Under the pieces are notes generated by a model. It worked only from the letters and a program-made list of their open reading frames with translations, did not search any database and was not told where the DNA came from. A stretch of DNA of 64,000 bases from assembly GCA_001029675.1 (NCBI GenBank), contig CP011210.1, forward strand, positions 256,193-320,192, read 5' to 3'. This document shows positions 46,156 through 55,925 of the stretch, piece by piece (position 1 is the stretch's first letter; every line of letters begins with the position of its first letter). The stretch comes from Candidatus Beckwithbacteria bacterium GW2011_GWC1_49_16 (GTDB taxonomy: Bacteria > Patescibacteriota > Microgenomatia > UBA1400 > CG1-02-47-37). Made by a program: the position numbers and the translations under genes.

Positions 46156-47235
46156 ATGCAAATCATTATATTCCTGATTATCTTGTCCGTCTTGGTTTTG
46201 ATCCATGAGCTGGGGCATTTTGTGGCAGCGAGAATTTTTGGCATTAAAGTGGAGGAATTTGGTTTGGGCTATCCGCCCAAGGTTTGGGGTAAAAAGGTCG
46301 GCGAGACTATCTATAGTATCAACTTTCTTCCCTTTGGTGGTTTTGTCCGGCTTCTGGGAGAAAACCCCACTTCGCTCGAAGAGTTACGCGGGGCAGGCGT
46401 TGATAGAAAGAGAACGTTTTTCAGCCAGAAAAAAAGAGTCAGGACGGCGGTTTTGACGGCCGGGGTGGCGATGAACTTTTTACTGGGAGTGATTCTGTTT
46501 AGCGCCATTTATACCAAAATCGGCATTCCCGAGGAAACCGATTATCTGACGGTGACCGGGGTGGCGGCCGGGTCGCCGGCAGAGGCGGCCGGAGTCAAAG
46601 CAGACGATAGGATTGTCGGGGTAACCGGCCTTAGCTTTGAAGACGGAGAAGTGGACCAGGCGTTTATCGACCATGTTAACGCTCACCGGGGAGAAGAAAT
46701 TATTTTACAGCTTAAGGATGGCCGGCAGGTGAGGCTAGTTCCTAGAACCGAAGAAGCCACTCCGGCAAACCAAGGGGCTTTGGGAGTGGTGATCACCAAC
46801 GTTGATTTGATCCAGTATCCGATGTGGCAAAGACCATTCAGGGGCGCGGTCGTGGGTTTGAAAGAAGCGCTTTCGTGGGGCAGGGAGATTTTGGCCTCTT
46901 TGGGGCTGATGGTGGCCCGACTGGCTCAAGGGGTGGTACCCAAGGATGTCGCCGGGCCGGTGGGGATTTACGAGATCAGTAAAAGCGTGTCCCAGGAAGG
47001 CATTTTGGCGGTGCTACAGTTTATGGCGGTGTTGTCGGTCAACCTGGCTATTCTCAATTTACTCCCCCTGCCGGCGCTTGACGGAGGCAGGCTGGCTTTT
47101 GTGGTGGTGGAGGCGGTCACCGGCAAACGGGTCAAGCCGGAAGTAGAGCAGTGGGTTCATCTTGTCGGTATGGTCTTACTCTTGGGCCTGATGGCCCTGG
47201 TGACCATTGCCGATATCAGGCGGCTGGCGGGGTAG
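46156..47235 (+). CDS. rseP: RIP metalloprotease RseP (M50 with PDZ)
   Basis: HELGHFVAA HExxH; PDZ segment; NLLPLPALDGGRL. Confidence 0.85.
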   Translation: MQIIIFLIILSVLVLIHELGHFVAARIFGIKVEEFGLGYPPKVWGKKVGETIYSINFLPFGGFVRLLGENPTSLEELRGAGVDRKRTFFSQKKRVRTAVLTAGVAMNFLLGVILFSAIYTKIGIPEETDYLTVTGVAAGSPAEAAGVKADDRIVGVTGLSFEDGEVDQAFIDHVNAHRGEEIILQLKDGRQVRLVPRTEEATPANQGALGVVITNVDLIQYPMWQRPFRGAVVGLKEALSWGREILASLGLMVARLAQGVVPKDVAGPVGIYEISKSVSQEGILAVLQFMAVLSVNLAILNLLPLPALDGGRLAFVVVEAVTGKRVKPEVEQWVHLVGMVLLLGLMALVTIADIRRLAG

Positions 47236-47268
47236 GTTTGACATTTTTACATACATTGTATATACTTT
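47236..47268 (+). promoter_or_regulatory. promoter (TTGACA ... TATATA) with palindromic tacatacattgtatata upstream of relB
   Basis: gtttgacatttttacatacattgtatatactttgtgtat. Confidence 0.35.
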
Positions 47269-47577
47269 GTGTATATGAGTGACACAGCGGTAATCAACAT
47301 CAGAACCGATGCTCGGATAAAGGCTCAAGCCCAAAGAGTGGCCAAGGAAGCCGGTTTGACTTTGAGCGGCTTGATTAACTTTTTAATTAGAACAGTAGTA
47401 AAGACAAAAAAGTTGGAGTTTGACTTAAACGAGACGCCTAGCCCTTATTTGATTGAGTCACTTAAAGAGTCCGAAGAGGATATTAAAGCTGGTAGGGTTT
47501 CTCCGGCTTTTGACAATGTCAAGGACGCCATTGCCTGGTTAGAGGATAAAGACAGAAAGTATGTCAATCAGATTTAG
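47269..47577 (+). CDS. RelB/DinJ-family antitoxin
   Basis: VINIRTDARIKAQAQRVAKEAGLTLSGLINFLI, a DinJ-like RHH. Confidence 0.65.
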   Translation: MYMSDTAVINIRTDARIKAQAQRVAKEAGLTLSGLINFLIRTVVKTKKLEFDLNETPSPYLIESLKESEEDIKAGRVSPAFDNVKDAIAWLEDKDRKYVNQI

Positions 47578-47824
47578 CCGGAAGTTTAAAAAACAACATG
47601 GCAAGGCACCGCTAAAAATCAGAAAAGCATTCTACCAAAGGTTGACACTTTTTGAAAAAGACAAATTTTCTCCGCTTTTAAACAATCACGCTTTAAGCGG
47701 ACAGTGGCGAGGTTATAGGAGTATCAACATATCAGGAGATTGGCGGGCGGTGTTTATTGAGAGTACCAGAAGCAATTTGGTTATTTTTGTGGCTTTGGGC
47801 ACTCACAGCCAGTTATACGGCTGA
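47561..47824 (+). CDS. RelE/YafQ-family toxin
   Basis: LSGQWRGYRSINISGDWRAVFIE...ALGTHSQLY, a YafQ-like signature; overlaps relB. Confidence 0.65.
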   Translation: MSIRFSRKFKKQHGKAPLKIRKAFYQRLTLFEKDKFSPLLNNHALSGQWRGYRSINISGDWRAVFIESTRSNLVIFVALGTHSQLYG

Positions 47825-47897
47825 TTAATTTATAACTCATTTAGTCTTCATTGATTAGGTATTGACAAAGTAGTTAGTTTGTGCTTAACTTAAGTCA

Positions 47898-48083
47898 ATG
47901 AAAAAGCTGCAGTTATCGCTCACCCGCCAGGAAGCCCAGTTACTCGAACTCAAAGGCGCCGAACTTGGCTACGACCTGACCAAGTACGTTAAGTTCATTT
48001 TGGCGCGCGAGGCGGCCAGCGTGATGGAAGCCGCTCACCCCAGCCAGCCCCAAAAATTTGATCAGGATGATAAAATAGAGTGA
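47898..48083 (+). CDS. small RHH-like DNA-binding protein, 4 nt upstream of the large membrane protein gene
   Basis: LSLTRQEAQLLELKGAELGYDLTKYVKFIL; own promoter-like TTGACA...TTAACT upstream. Confidence 0.4.
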   Translation: MKKLQLSLTRQEAQLLELKGAELGYDLTKYVKFILAREAASVMEAAHPSQPQKFDQDDKIE

Positions 48084-48086
48084 TAT

Positions 48087-50486
48087 ATGACTATAGCTAC
48101 AGGTGAATTAGCTTTACCTTTGCCGCGCGCCAAACAAGGCGTGCCAGAAGTTAGGTCGATAGACTCTTCGGAATTACCGCCGTTGACAGTGGGGGAGATG
48201 TTGACTGATTTGACCCACGACGCCCAAGACTTATATCAGGCAGTAATGGGGGAAGCAGTGAGCAGATATAGTAGGGAGCCGGCCCTGCTTTTGGCTGATT
48301 TAAAAGAGGTGGGTCGGTTTGGCTTGGAGTTTATTAAGCAGCTACCCCAGGACGCCAGAGTTTTTGGTGAGATGATTGCCGGTTTGAAAGAAGCGGATTT
48401 TTCGTGGCGGAACCCAGACGGCGGCTGGAACAGGACAGGAATTTGGAACACGATAAAACTAGCTTTCACCGGTGTGGTAATTGGAGGTTTAGTGTCCGCC
48501 TGTGCTCAAGATCCTGAACGAGTCACTCCAACCCAAGACGGTGATGACGACTGGCTGGGGAGCGAGTGTGCTGGTTTGATAGGAGCGATTCACGGGTTAA
48601 ATCCCGACCAGGTAGATTTTGCTTTTGTTGACGCTAACTCTTTAGACTCCGGTGAGCTGGGCGCGCTTCAGGCTGACTTCCAGGCGGATATTCCCGGCGC
48701 CTTAGTCAGGGGTTTGGTTGGCGGTGCGGGAGATTTTCCGGTTTTGGGGCTGGCAGAGCCTGATAGTACCGGCCGGCTGCAGTCTGTTTGGGCAGTGCCG
48801 GTTTGCGAAGCGGGCGACTCTGTCGGCCTTGGGTTTATTTGGCCGGATTTAAGCCAGGTTGGCCCGGATATGATTACCAGAAGCAATGGTAGTCTGACGA
48901 TTCCTTTGCACCAGCTTGTTTTTAATCCGGAATCAGAGGATTTTGAGCCGGTCGAAGCAGCAACGCCTATGGTGGTAAGGGTTAATGAGGCTGGAGAGTT
49001 TACTTATGAGCTGGAAGGTCCGGATGGCGGAAAGGTGGTTCTGGTCGAAGAAAATTTGACCGATGCATTGGCTGCTGCTTTTTTGGTCGACCAGGTGCAC
49101 GACATTGTTGACGCAGAAAACGAGCTGGCAGGGACGCCGGCGTTTGTGGGTTTTAACCCGGAAATCGTGGCCTTAACCGGTTTGCCGGTAGAGGTTAACG
49201 GTCAAGAATATTGGGCTAACTCGTTTGAGTTGCAAGACGCCCTAAACGACCAAGGTTTGTCGCCGGCGGTGGTTACCGTCAACAACGGCGACGGCAGCAG
49301 TTTTAATGCTTTGAGCATTACTAAAAACGGCGAAGCCTTCGTCAGCTACGCCGATCAACTATATGACCCTTATGACGTCAATGGGCCGGAAGACAAGTTT
49401 ATCGGCATTAATGACGCTGGCATGGCCGAGTATGGTGATGAACTGGACCAGGCAATAATCACCTTGCCTAGCGAAGGCTTGGGTGACAACGTGGGCATAG
49501 CGGCCATGATCGTTACCGATCCGGATAAACTACCGGATCACTTAGGCGAGTTTAAGACAGGGACGGTAATAATTGCCACTGTAGACAAGAATACTAACGA
49601 GGTAATCTCGGCGGTCAGGGCCATTTGGGAGAAGGACGACAAGATCGATATCACCACCGCCGAAGGCAAGATAATTTTGACAGTTGACGAAGGCGACGGC
49701 CAAGTTAGCCGCCACGAGCTGACCACAGTGCTTGAATCTTCGGTGTCGCTACCGACGACTTTGCCCGAGGAGTTGCAAGTGCTAGTCGAGGAAAAAGGGT
49801 TAACTTATGACGATGAGACCAACACTTACGTTAATAGCTATGACGAGAAGAGGCTTTACCAAAACGAGGCCGGCGACTGGGTAGATTTTTACCAAGAGTT
49901 GATTGACAACGCGCCCACCAAGAATTTTTGGGAGAATCGAGAGACTGGAGATGGTGGTATTATCAATCGAGATGCTTGGCCGGTGTTTACCGGAGAAACA
50001 AGAACCATGGAAATGGAGCTCATTTCTGGTACTCAAGTAACTTTGGATGTTTTAGTGGCATTAATTGCAGACCCGACCAACCCAGAAATTATACGAACTG
50101 CCCTCATTCTTGAAAAAATGACCGACTCGAACGGCACAGAGCTTGCTAGCATCTCTCCCGCAGCCTCAGGTGGATACAGACCGATTTTTGAGCCAGGGAC
50201 AGAAAAAGTGCGCCTTAATAGTCTTGATGGTGATGGTGGTTTTTTAAGTGATTTTTCTGGCATGATAGCCGGTGACCAGTTAGGCATCAGTTATTGGTTC
50301 CATTTCCCTTCAATTCTTCCCAGTTGGGGCGTTAAACCAAACAGGGTCGGTTGGTTTTATGACTTAGATCAGACGACTGGCTCGACTAGGGTGCTTGAGG
50401 CGATGTTTTCTGGCCAAGCCTACGACTGGCCCGAAGACGGTTTGATTATCTCCGCGCACACCAACTGGGTATATGTCTTAAGATAG
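48087..50486 (+). CDS. large acidic membrane-anchored protein (about 110-aa cytoplasmic N-terminus, single TM, about 660-aa extracytoplasmic domain)
   Basis: One hydrophobic segment IWNTIKLAFTGVVIGGLVSACA near aa 115-135; the remainder is D/E/G-rich; no motif recognised. Confidence 0.45.
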   Translation: MTIATGELALPLPRAKQGVPEVRSIDSSELPPLTVGEMLTDLTHDAQDLYQAVMGEAVSRYSREPALLLADLKEVGRFGLEFIKQLPQDARVFGEMIAGLKEADFSWRNPDGGWNRTGIWNTIKLAFTGVVIGGLVSACAQDPERVTPTQDGDDDWLGSECAGLIGAIHGLNPDQVDFAFVDANSLDSGELGALQADFQADIPGALVRGLVGGAGDFPVLGLAEPDSTGRLQSVWAVPVCEAGDSVGLGFIWPDLSQVGPDMITRSNGSLTIPLHQLVFNPESEDFEPVEAATPMVVRVNEAGEFTYELEGPDGGKVVLVEENLTDALAAAFLVDQVHDIVDAENELAGTPAFVGFNPEIVALTGLPVEVNGQEYWANSFELQDALNDQGLSPAVVTVNNGDGSSFNALSITKNGEAFVSYADQLYDPYDVNGPEDKFIGINDAGMAEYGDELDQAIITLPSEGLGDNVGIAAMIVTDPDKLPDHLGEFKTGTVIIATVDKNTNEVISAVRAIWEKDDKIDITTAEGKIILTVDEGDGQVSRHELTTVLESSVSLPTTLPEELQVLVEEKGLTYDDETNTYVNSYDEKRLYQNEAGDWVDFYQELIDNAPTKNFWENRETGDGGIINRDAWPVFTGETRTMEMELISGTQVTLDVLVALIADPTNPEIIRTALILEKMTDSNGTELASISPAASGGYRPIFEPGTEKVRLNSLDGDGGFLSDFSGMIAGDQLGISYWFHFPSILPSWGVKPNRVGWFYDLDQTTGSTRVLEAMFSGQAYDWPEDGLIISAHTNWVYVLR

Positions 50487-50536
50487 GCTGTCAAACCGGT
50501 TGACTTTTAACCAGAGCTTCATGCTACCATTAGGTT

Positions 50537-51115
50537 ATGGATAACAGGAAGTTGATTTTGGTTAGCTACATTGTCCTGATTAGTCTGTTTCTTGGTTTTC
50601 TGGGTTACTACTGGTTTGTTAAATACTATGTTTTTCCCAAGCGATCAGATTTAACTCCTTTCCCGGTACTGTCTTCCAAATATGCGACCGTAGGGGTAAG
50701 CGACGAATGGCGCTTTGAGTATATTCAGCCTTTCTTAAAAAACTTTTTCTCTCAAGACGGAGTTAATTATCTTGAAGTTTTCTATTATGACACCGATAAC
50801 AAGAGGCATAATATTAAGCTATTTATTTCCGGTGGGTTTAAGAGTGAAGCTGTAGATGGTATAGGCTACGGTGACGGAACCGATTCGGGCTTGATTGATT
50901 TTGCTGAACTTAAAACTAAAATCAAGCCCGGCCAGCAGGTGGGGATAGAGTATTTAGCCAAGCCCTTTCCCAAATTTTTTAGAACGGAGCAGGTTTGTGC
51001 TAAGTTGGGACATTTATGCCTTTTGGCGGACATTATGGAAGAAAAGTCGCAGGAGGCAGAAGGGGCTACTTTTTTGGTGGCCACGGCTATTTACACCGAC
51101 TTATATGAAGAGTAA
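50537..51115 (+). CDS. small N-terminally anchored membrane protein
   Basis: N-terminal TM LILVSYIVLISLFLGFLGYYWFV; 192 aa. Confidence 0.4.
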   Translation: MDNRKLILVSYIVLISLFLGFLGYYWFVKYYVFPKRSDLTPFPVLSSKYATVGVSDEWRFEYIQPFLKNFFSQDGVNYLEVFYYDTDNKRHNIKLFISGGFKSEAVDGIGYGDGTDSGLIDFAELKTKIKPGQQVGIEYLAKPFPKFFRTEQVCAKLGHLCLLADIMEEKSQEAEGATFLVATAIYTDLYEE

Positions 51116-52856
51116 GTTGTTTTTGGTCGTCTTAGGGGCCATCTTTGGTTTGAGTTTACTGGTGGCAAAAGACAGGGTTTTGGCTGACGAACTTTGCCCC
51201 GGAGGCACTTGTTTGGGGGAGTCGGTATTGGACGTGTATGACTATTGTAAGGCACACCAGTCAGAAAACTGGTGTGTGCAATACTATGCCAGAGATACAG
51301 TTACTTGCGGTGCCTTAACTTGTAGGTATTCCAAGTTTAGCCTAGGCCCAAACGTTAAGTGTATTTCGGAGGATATCAGTATTAACCCTGAGTGTGATGG
51401 GACGACTTTTGAGATGCAGGCAGGTAGTTGTTGTAGTAATGATCCTGGTGGGGGTAGTGGTGGTAGTTGCCCGGCGGCGGCGGGGGTGCCGGGGAGCTTG
51501 ACCATTAGCCCCTCAAACGGCTCGACGACAGAGCCGGACGGGGACGGCAACATTACCGTGTCGTGGAGCTCTGACTCCAATGGCAAGGCTGACGTGTGGA
51601 ATTATGAGATTTACCCTGCCGGCACCAGTTGTTCTAACCCTTTGGCCTATTGCAGTCAGTTGGTGGGCCGGGACAACCGGTCTAAAACCTTTACTTCTGC
51701 CGCCGACACTTACTTTGCCCGGGTTCAGGGAGTCAACGTTTCCTGCAGTATTCAGCCCGGGCCGTGGTCATCAACCACCTTTTTTGTCGGCGAGCCTTTA
51801 GGAGATATATCCGGCACGGTCTATTTACTGGGTGACGGGAGTACCGCTAGCCAGGTGGGATTTTGCCAGCTTGATCCTGGTAGTAGCGCTAGTCCATTAA
51901 ATTTAGGTACCAATGTAACGGTTAGCAACCCGGGAAACTACACCGGAACGGTGGGCGGGGGCGGCAACTACACGGTGGCAGATGTTCCTGCCGGGGGAGC
52001 GTACACGGTGACTTTGGATCCTTCTACCTACACTTGCGCCTGTCCCTCGGGGACCTGCCAGTATGGGGGAGTCAGTTCTCCCCAAGCAGGAGTGGATTTT
52101 TATCTGACAGATTTAGCCGATGCCTGGTGGCAGGCAGAAGGGGGTAATCTTCATGCCGACGGCGGCAGTGTCTCGTCTAACATTCCGGCAAGCTGCGCCG
52201 GGCTGTGTTCGCCTTATCTTGTTACCGAGGATGCGTCCGGCACTACCGGTCTGGTGAGTTACACCGGGTCTTTGGTTACCGGCAGCGGCGACATTAGTCA
52301 GGACGGCAACGACTGGAATGCCAAGACCCAATACAAGGGGCTGGAAACCAAATATGCCTATTTTGCCCGGATTTTGGAGGACGACCCGGAAGAGGCAAGT
52401 GTTTGGGACGGGAGCGAGCCGGGAGCCTCCGGGGTCTATGCCGCCAGCGGGTCGACGGCTACCTTTGGTGGTGATTGGAGTATCGGCTCGGGTACGGCGG
52501 CGGTGATCCTGGTTGACGGCGACGTCACCATAGCCCAAAACATCAACGTTGACGAGGGCGGCTTTTTGGCCATCATTGCTTCGGGGAATATTTCGGTTAA
52601 CTCGGCGGTCACTAACGTCGAGGGGGTGTATATTGCGGACGGAGTAATTGCCACTGGGACAACGGGGACAGGTGACGAGCAGCTTATCGCCGAAGGCATT
52701 TTCACCGGTTGGGGCGGGTTTAATTTGGAGCGGGATCTTGACAGCGGCAACAACAACGAGGCGGCCGAGTACTTTATCTACCGGCCGGATTTACAGGTCA
52801 ACGCTTACCAGTACCTGACCCGTTCCAAGTACCGCTGGGAAGAAGTGGCGCCGTAG
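51105..52856 (+). CDS. secreted Cys-rich, Gly/Ser/Thr-rich surface protein
   Basis: Signal peptide MKSKLFLVVLGAIFGLSLLVA; 12+ Cys in the first 120 aa; GGGSGGS linker; beta-rich repeats. ATG overlaps the upstream ORF end by 11 nt. Confidence 0.45.
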   Translation: MKSKLFLVVLGAIFGLSLLVAKDRVLADELCPGGTCLGESVLDVYDYCKAHQSENWCVQYYARDTVTCGALTCRYSKFSLGPNVKCISEDISINPECDGTTFEMQAGSCCSNDPGGGSGGSCPAAAGVPGSLTISPSNGSTTEPDGDGNITVSWSSDSNGKADVWNYEIYPAGTSCSNPLAYCSQLVGRDNRSKTFTSAADTYFARVQGVNVSCSIQPGPWSSTTFFVGEPLGDISGTVYLLGDGSTASQVGFCQLDPGSSASPLNLGTNVTVSNPGNYTGTVGGGGNYTVADVPAGGAYTVTLDPSTYTCACPSGTCQYGGVSSPQAGVDFYLTDLADAWWQAEGGNLHADGGSVSSNIPASCAGLCSPYLVTEDASGTTGLVSYTGSLVTGSGDISQDGNDWNAKTQYKGLETKYAYFARILEDDPEEASVWDGSEPGASGVYAASGSTATFGGDWSIGSGTAAVILVDGDVTIAQNINVDEGGFLAIIASGNISVNSAVTNVEGVYIADGVIATGTTGTGDEQLIAEGIFTGWGGFNLERDLDSGNNNEAAEYFIYRPDLQVNAYQYLTRSKYRWEEVAP

Positions 52857-52903
52857 GATTACTTCTTGACAAATCTTTACATTTAGTATATTCTTTACTT
52901 ATT

Positions 52904-53161
52904 ATGAATGTAAATTATTCTATTACTTTACCGGTAAGCGCTAAGGGGCAGGTGACTATCCCTGTTAGCATTAGACGCCTACTTAAGCTTGATAAAACTC
53001 AAAGGGTAACAGCGGAAGTAATTTCTAAAGATAAAGTGATCTTAAAACCGATTAAATTTACCCTTGAAGATGTTTACGGCTCAGTTAAGCCGATTGCCAG
53101 GAATTTTAAAGAAATGAGGCAAATTGTCCGACAGGAGAGAGCGTTGCGGACAAGCGGCTAA
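52904..53161 (+). CDS. AbrB/MazE-family antitoxin (paralog of 44932)
   Basis: SAKGQVTIPVSIRRLLKLDKTQRV. Confidence 0.6.
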   Translation: MNVNYSITLPVSAKGQVTIPVSIRRLLKLDKTQRVTAEVISKDKVILKPIKFTLEDVYGSVKPIARNFKEMRQIVRQERALRTSG

Positions 53162-53574
53162 TGAAACCCACTTTTGTTGACACCAACATTTTTATTCGCT
53201 TTATTACTAAAGATGACTCTAAAAAAGCGGCTAAGTGCTGGTTATTGTTTAAAAAGGCCAGAGAGAAAAAAGTCATTTTAACTACCTCCGAGGCTATTCT
53301 GGCAGAAACGGTTTATATTTTGACATCTAAGGCGCTGTATGGGCTTTCGAGAGAAGAGGTTAGGGATAAACTCCAGCCTTTAATCGGGCTTAAAGGGCTA
53401 AAGCTTAACTTTAGAGTTGAAATATTAATGGCTTTGGATATTTTTGTAGAATACAAAATTGATTTTGAAGACGCTTTAACCGTGGCGCGAATGAAGAGCG
53501 AGCAGATAAAAAACATTTATTCTTATGATCAAGATTTTGACAAGGTGGATTGGATCGGCAGACAAGAACCGTAA
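53161..53574 (+). CDS. PIN-domain toxin (paralog of 45174)
   Basis: FVDTNIFIRFITKDD...YSYDQDFDKV. Confidence 0.7.
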   Translation: MKPTFVDTNIFIRFITKDDSKKAAKCWLLFKKAREKKVILTTSEAILAETVYILTSKALYGLSREEVRDKLQPLIGLKGLKLNFRVEILMALDIFVEYKIDFEDALTVARMKSEQIKNIYSYDQDFDKVDWIGRQEP

Positions 53575-53645
53575 GTTCACCTGGCGGGAAGTGACGTCGG
53601 AGCTTGGGGCTGGGATTTTAGGGGGAATTTTGATAGAGTAAACTC

Positions 53646-54875
53646 ATGCGTTATAGTCAGCTTTTTCCCAAGACTAAAAAGGAAGCGCCTAAGGGCGCCG
53701 AGAGCGTCAACCATAAGCTGTTGGTGCGGGGCGGTTTTATCGACCAACTGATGGCGGGGAGCTGGACGTTACTTCCTTTAGGCTGGCGGGTGGTCAATAA
53801 TATTAACCAGATTATAAGAGAAGAAATGAACGCCGTCGGCGGCCAGGAAATGCTGATGCCGTTGCTTCACCCTAAAGAGATTTGGAACGAGACCGGGCGG
53901 TGGGACAAAGCCGACGAGATAATGTACAAATTAAAAGACGCCCGGGACCGGGAATATGTGCTTTCCTTTACCCATGAAGAGATTGTCATGGATTTGTTGC
54001 GCAAAAACATAGTGAGCTTTAAAGATTTGCCGGTGGCAGTGTATCATTTTTCGACCAAGTTCAGAAACGAACCGAGAGCCAGGTCAGGGATTTTGCGCGG
54101 CCGCGAGTTTATGATGAAAGATCTTTATTCGGCGCATACCTCGGAGAAAGATTTGATGGAGTATTACGAGAAGGTTAAGGGGGCTTATGTGAAAGTGTTT
54201 GAGCGCTTGGGGTTTGACTATCGGGTGACCGAGGCCGGCGGCGGCGTGTTTACCGACAAAAATACCCACGAGTTCCAGGTGCTATCAGCGGGCGGCGAGG
54301 ACACGATTTTTTATTGCGACAGCTGCGACTGGGGAGCCAACCAGGAAATTTTTAAGGGCAGCCAGGGGGATAAATGCTCCGAGTGTGGTAAGGGTCAGGT
54401 AGTTAAGACAAAAGCGATCGAGGTGGGTAACGTTTTTCCTTTGGGGACCTGGTACGCGGAGAAGATGGGGATGTATTTTACCGACAGCCAGGGCCAGAAA
54501 AAGCCGGTTTGGTTTGGCAGTTACGGCATCGGCCCGACCAGGGTGATGGGGGCGTTGGTAGAAGTCAATCACGACGAGCGGGGCATTATCTGGCCGGAAG
54601 TAGTGGCGCCGTTTGCGGTGCATTTAGTGTCGCTTCCCGGGGCAGAAAAGCAAACCAAAGAAGCCTATGGCCAGCTTAAGGAGGTAGGAGTGGAGGTGTT
54701 GTGGGATGATCGGGAGGTGTCCGCCGGAGTTAAGTTTGCCGACGCCGATTTAATCGGCATTCCGGTAAGATTGGTGGCGTCGGCCAAGTCGAAAGATAAG
54801 TTAGAGTGGAAGGCAAGAAGTAGCGATAAAACCGAATTGGTGAGTTTAGATGAAGCGGTCAAGCGGTTAAAATGA
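53646..54875 (+). CDS. proS: prolyl-tRNA synthetase, short form lacking the INS editing domain, with an inserted Cys4 zinc ribbon
   Basis: Class II motifs; CDSCDWGANQEIFKGSQGDKCSECG insertion; 409 aa. Confidence 0.8.
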   Translation: MRYSQLFPKTKKEAPKGAESVNHKLLVRGGFIDQLMAGSWTLLPLGWRVVNNINQIIREEMNAVGGQEMLMPLLHPKEIWNETGRWDKADEIMYKLKDARDREYVLSFTHEEIVMDLLRKNIVSFKDLPVAVYHFSTKFRNEPRARSGILRGREFMMKDLYSAHTSEKDLMEYYEKVKGAYVKVFERLGFDYRVTEAGGGVFTDKNTHEFQVLSAGGEDTIFYCDSCDWGANQEIFKGSQGDKCSECGKGQVVKTKAIEVGNVFPLGTWYAEKMGMYFTDSQGQKKPVWFGSYGIGPTRVMGALVEVNHDERGIIWPEVVAPFAVHLVSLPGAEKQTKEAYGQLKEVGVEVLWDDREVSAGVKFADADLIGIPVRLVASAKSKDKLEWKARSSDKTELVSLDEAVKRLK

Positions 54876-55732
54876 AAACTATCGTCACCCATATTTTTCC
54901 CGACCTGGATGCGGTGTGCGCGGTATGGTTATTGAAGCGTTTTGATCACGAATTTGAGGGAGCCAAGGTAAAGTTTGTGCCGGCGGGGACGACCTTAGAT
55001 GACAAAGCGGTTGACAGCGACCCTGATGTAGTTCACGTTGACACCGGTCTGGGCAGGTTTGACCACCACGACAGCAACGCACGAACCTGCGCGGCCGACC
55101 TTGTCTTTAATTATTTAAAGAGTGAAAAAAACATTACTTTAAAATATCAAAGTGCGCTGGAACGCTTAATAGACTTAGTAATTCAGATAGATCATTTTGA
55201 GGATTTTTTCTGGAACGATGCGGCGGCCGATATTTATGATCTAAGCCTCCACCATCTTCTTGACCACCTGAAAATGTCGGGCCGGCTAAACGACAGAGAA
55301 CTGGTGGCTCAAGGGGAGTTACTCCTTGAAGCGGTTTTGTATGGCCTTCATCAGAAAGATTTGGCGGAGAAGGAGATTAGAAGCGGGATTGAGTTTATTT
55401 CTCCCTGGGGCAAATCTTTAGGAACGGAAACAAAAATGAGCCGGGTTTCTAAACTAGGACAGAAAATGGGTTTTGCCCTGATAGTGAGAAAAGAGCCGGG
55501 AACGGGTTTTGTGTCGGTCAAGTGCCAACCGAAGAAAAGTCTTGATTTGACTGCTGCCTACCAGGCGCTAAAACAAGCTGATCCAAAAGCAGACTGGTTT
55601 TTTCATCCCAGCCGTCATATAATCTTAAATGGCTCCAGACACAATCAAAAGGTGAAGGCCTCGAGCCTGAACCTAAAGGAGCTAGTAGACCTATTAAAGG
55701 GGGTGGATTTTTTAAATGCCGGTGGTGGTTAA
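54872..55732 (+). CDS. DHH-family phosphoesterase (NrnA-like nanoRNase / pAp phosphatase)
   Basis: FPDLDAV (motif I), GRFDHHD (DHH), C-terminal NAGGG (DHHA1 GGG motif). Confidence 0.6.
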   Translation: MKTIVTHIFPDLDAVCAVWLLKRFDHEFEGAKVKFVPAGTTLDDKAVDSDPDVVHVDTGLGRFDHHDSNARTCAADLVFNYLKSEKNITLKYQSALERLIDLVIQIDHFEDFFWNDAAADIYDLSLHHLLDHLKMSGRLNDRELVAQGELLLEAVLYGLHQKDLAEKEIRSGIEFISPWGKSLGTETKMSRVSKLGQKMGFALIVRKEPGTGFVSVKCQPKKSLDLTAAYQALKQADPKADWFFHPSRHIILNGSRHNQKVKASSLNLKELVDLLKGVDFLNAGGG

Positions 55733-55925
55733 ATCACAACCTGGTGAATCGACTGATCAAATAATCAAGAAGTTTAAAAAGAAAGTGCTGGCAAGTCAGC
55801 TTTTAACCAAGATTCGGGATCGGCAGTATTACAAGAAACCGTCGGTGAAGAAAAAAGAAAAACTGGCGGAGTTTAAAAGAAGAAGCAAGCGGCGCAAGCG
55901 TTTGAGGAAAAAGAAAAATAAATGA
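55716..55925 (+). CDS. rpsU: 30S ribosomal protein S21
   Basis: MPVVVKSQPGESTDQIIKKFKKKV...KRRKR. Confidence 0.8.
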   Translation: MPVVVKSQPGESTDQIIKKFKKKVLASQLLTKIRDRQYYKKPSVKKKEKLAEFKRRSKRRKRLRKKKNK

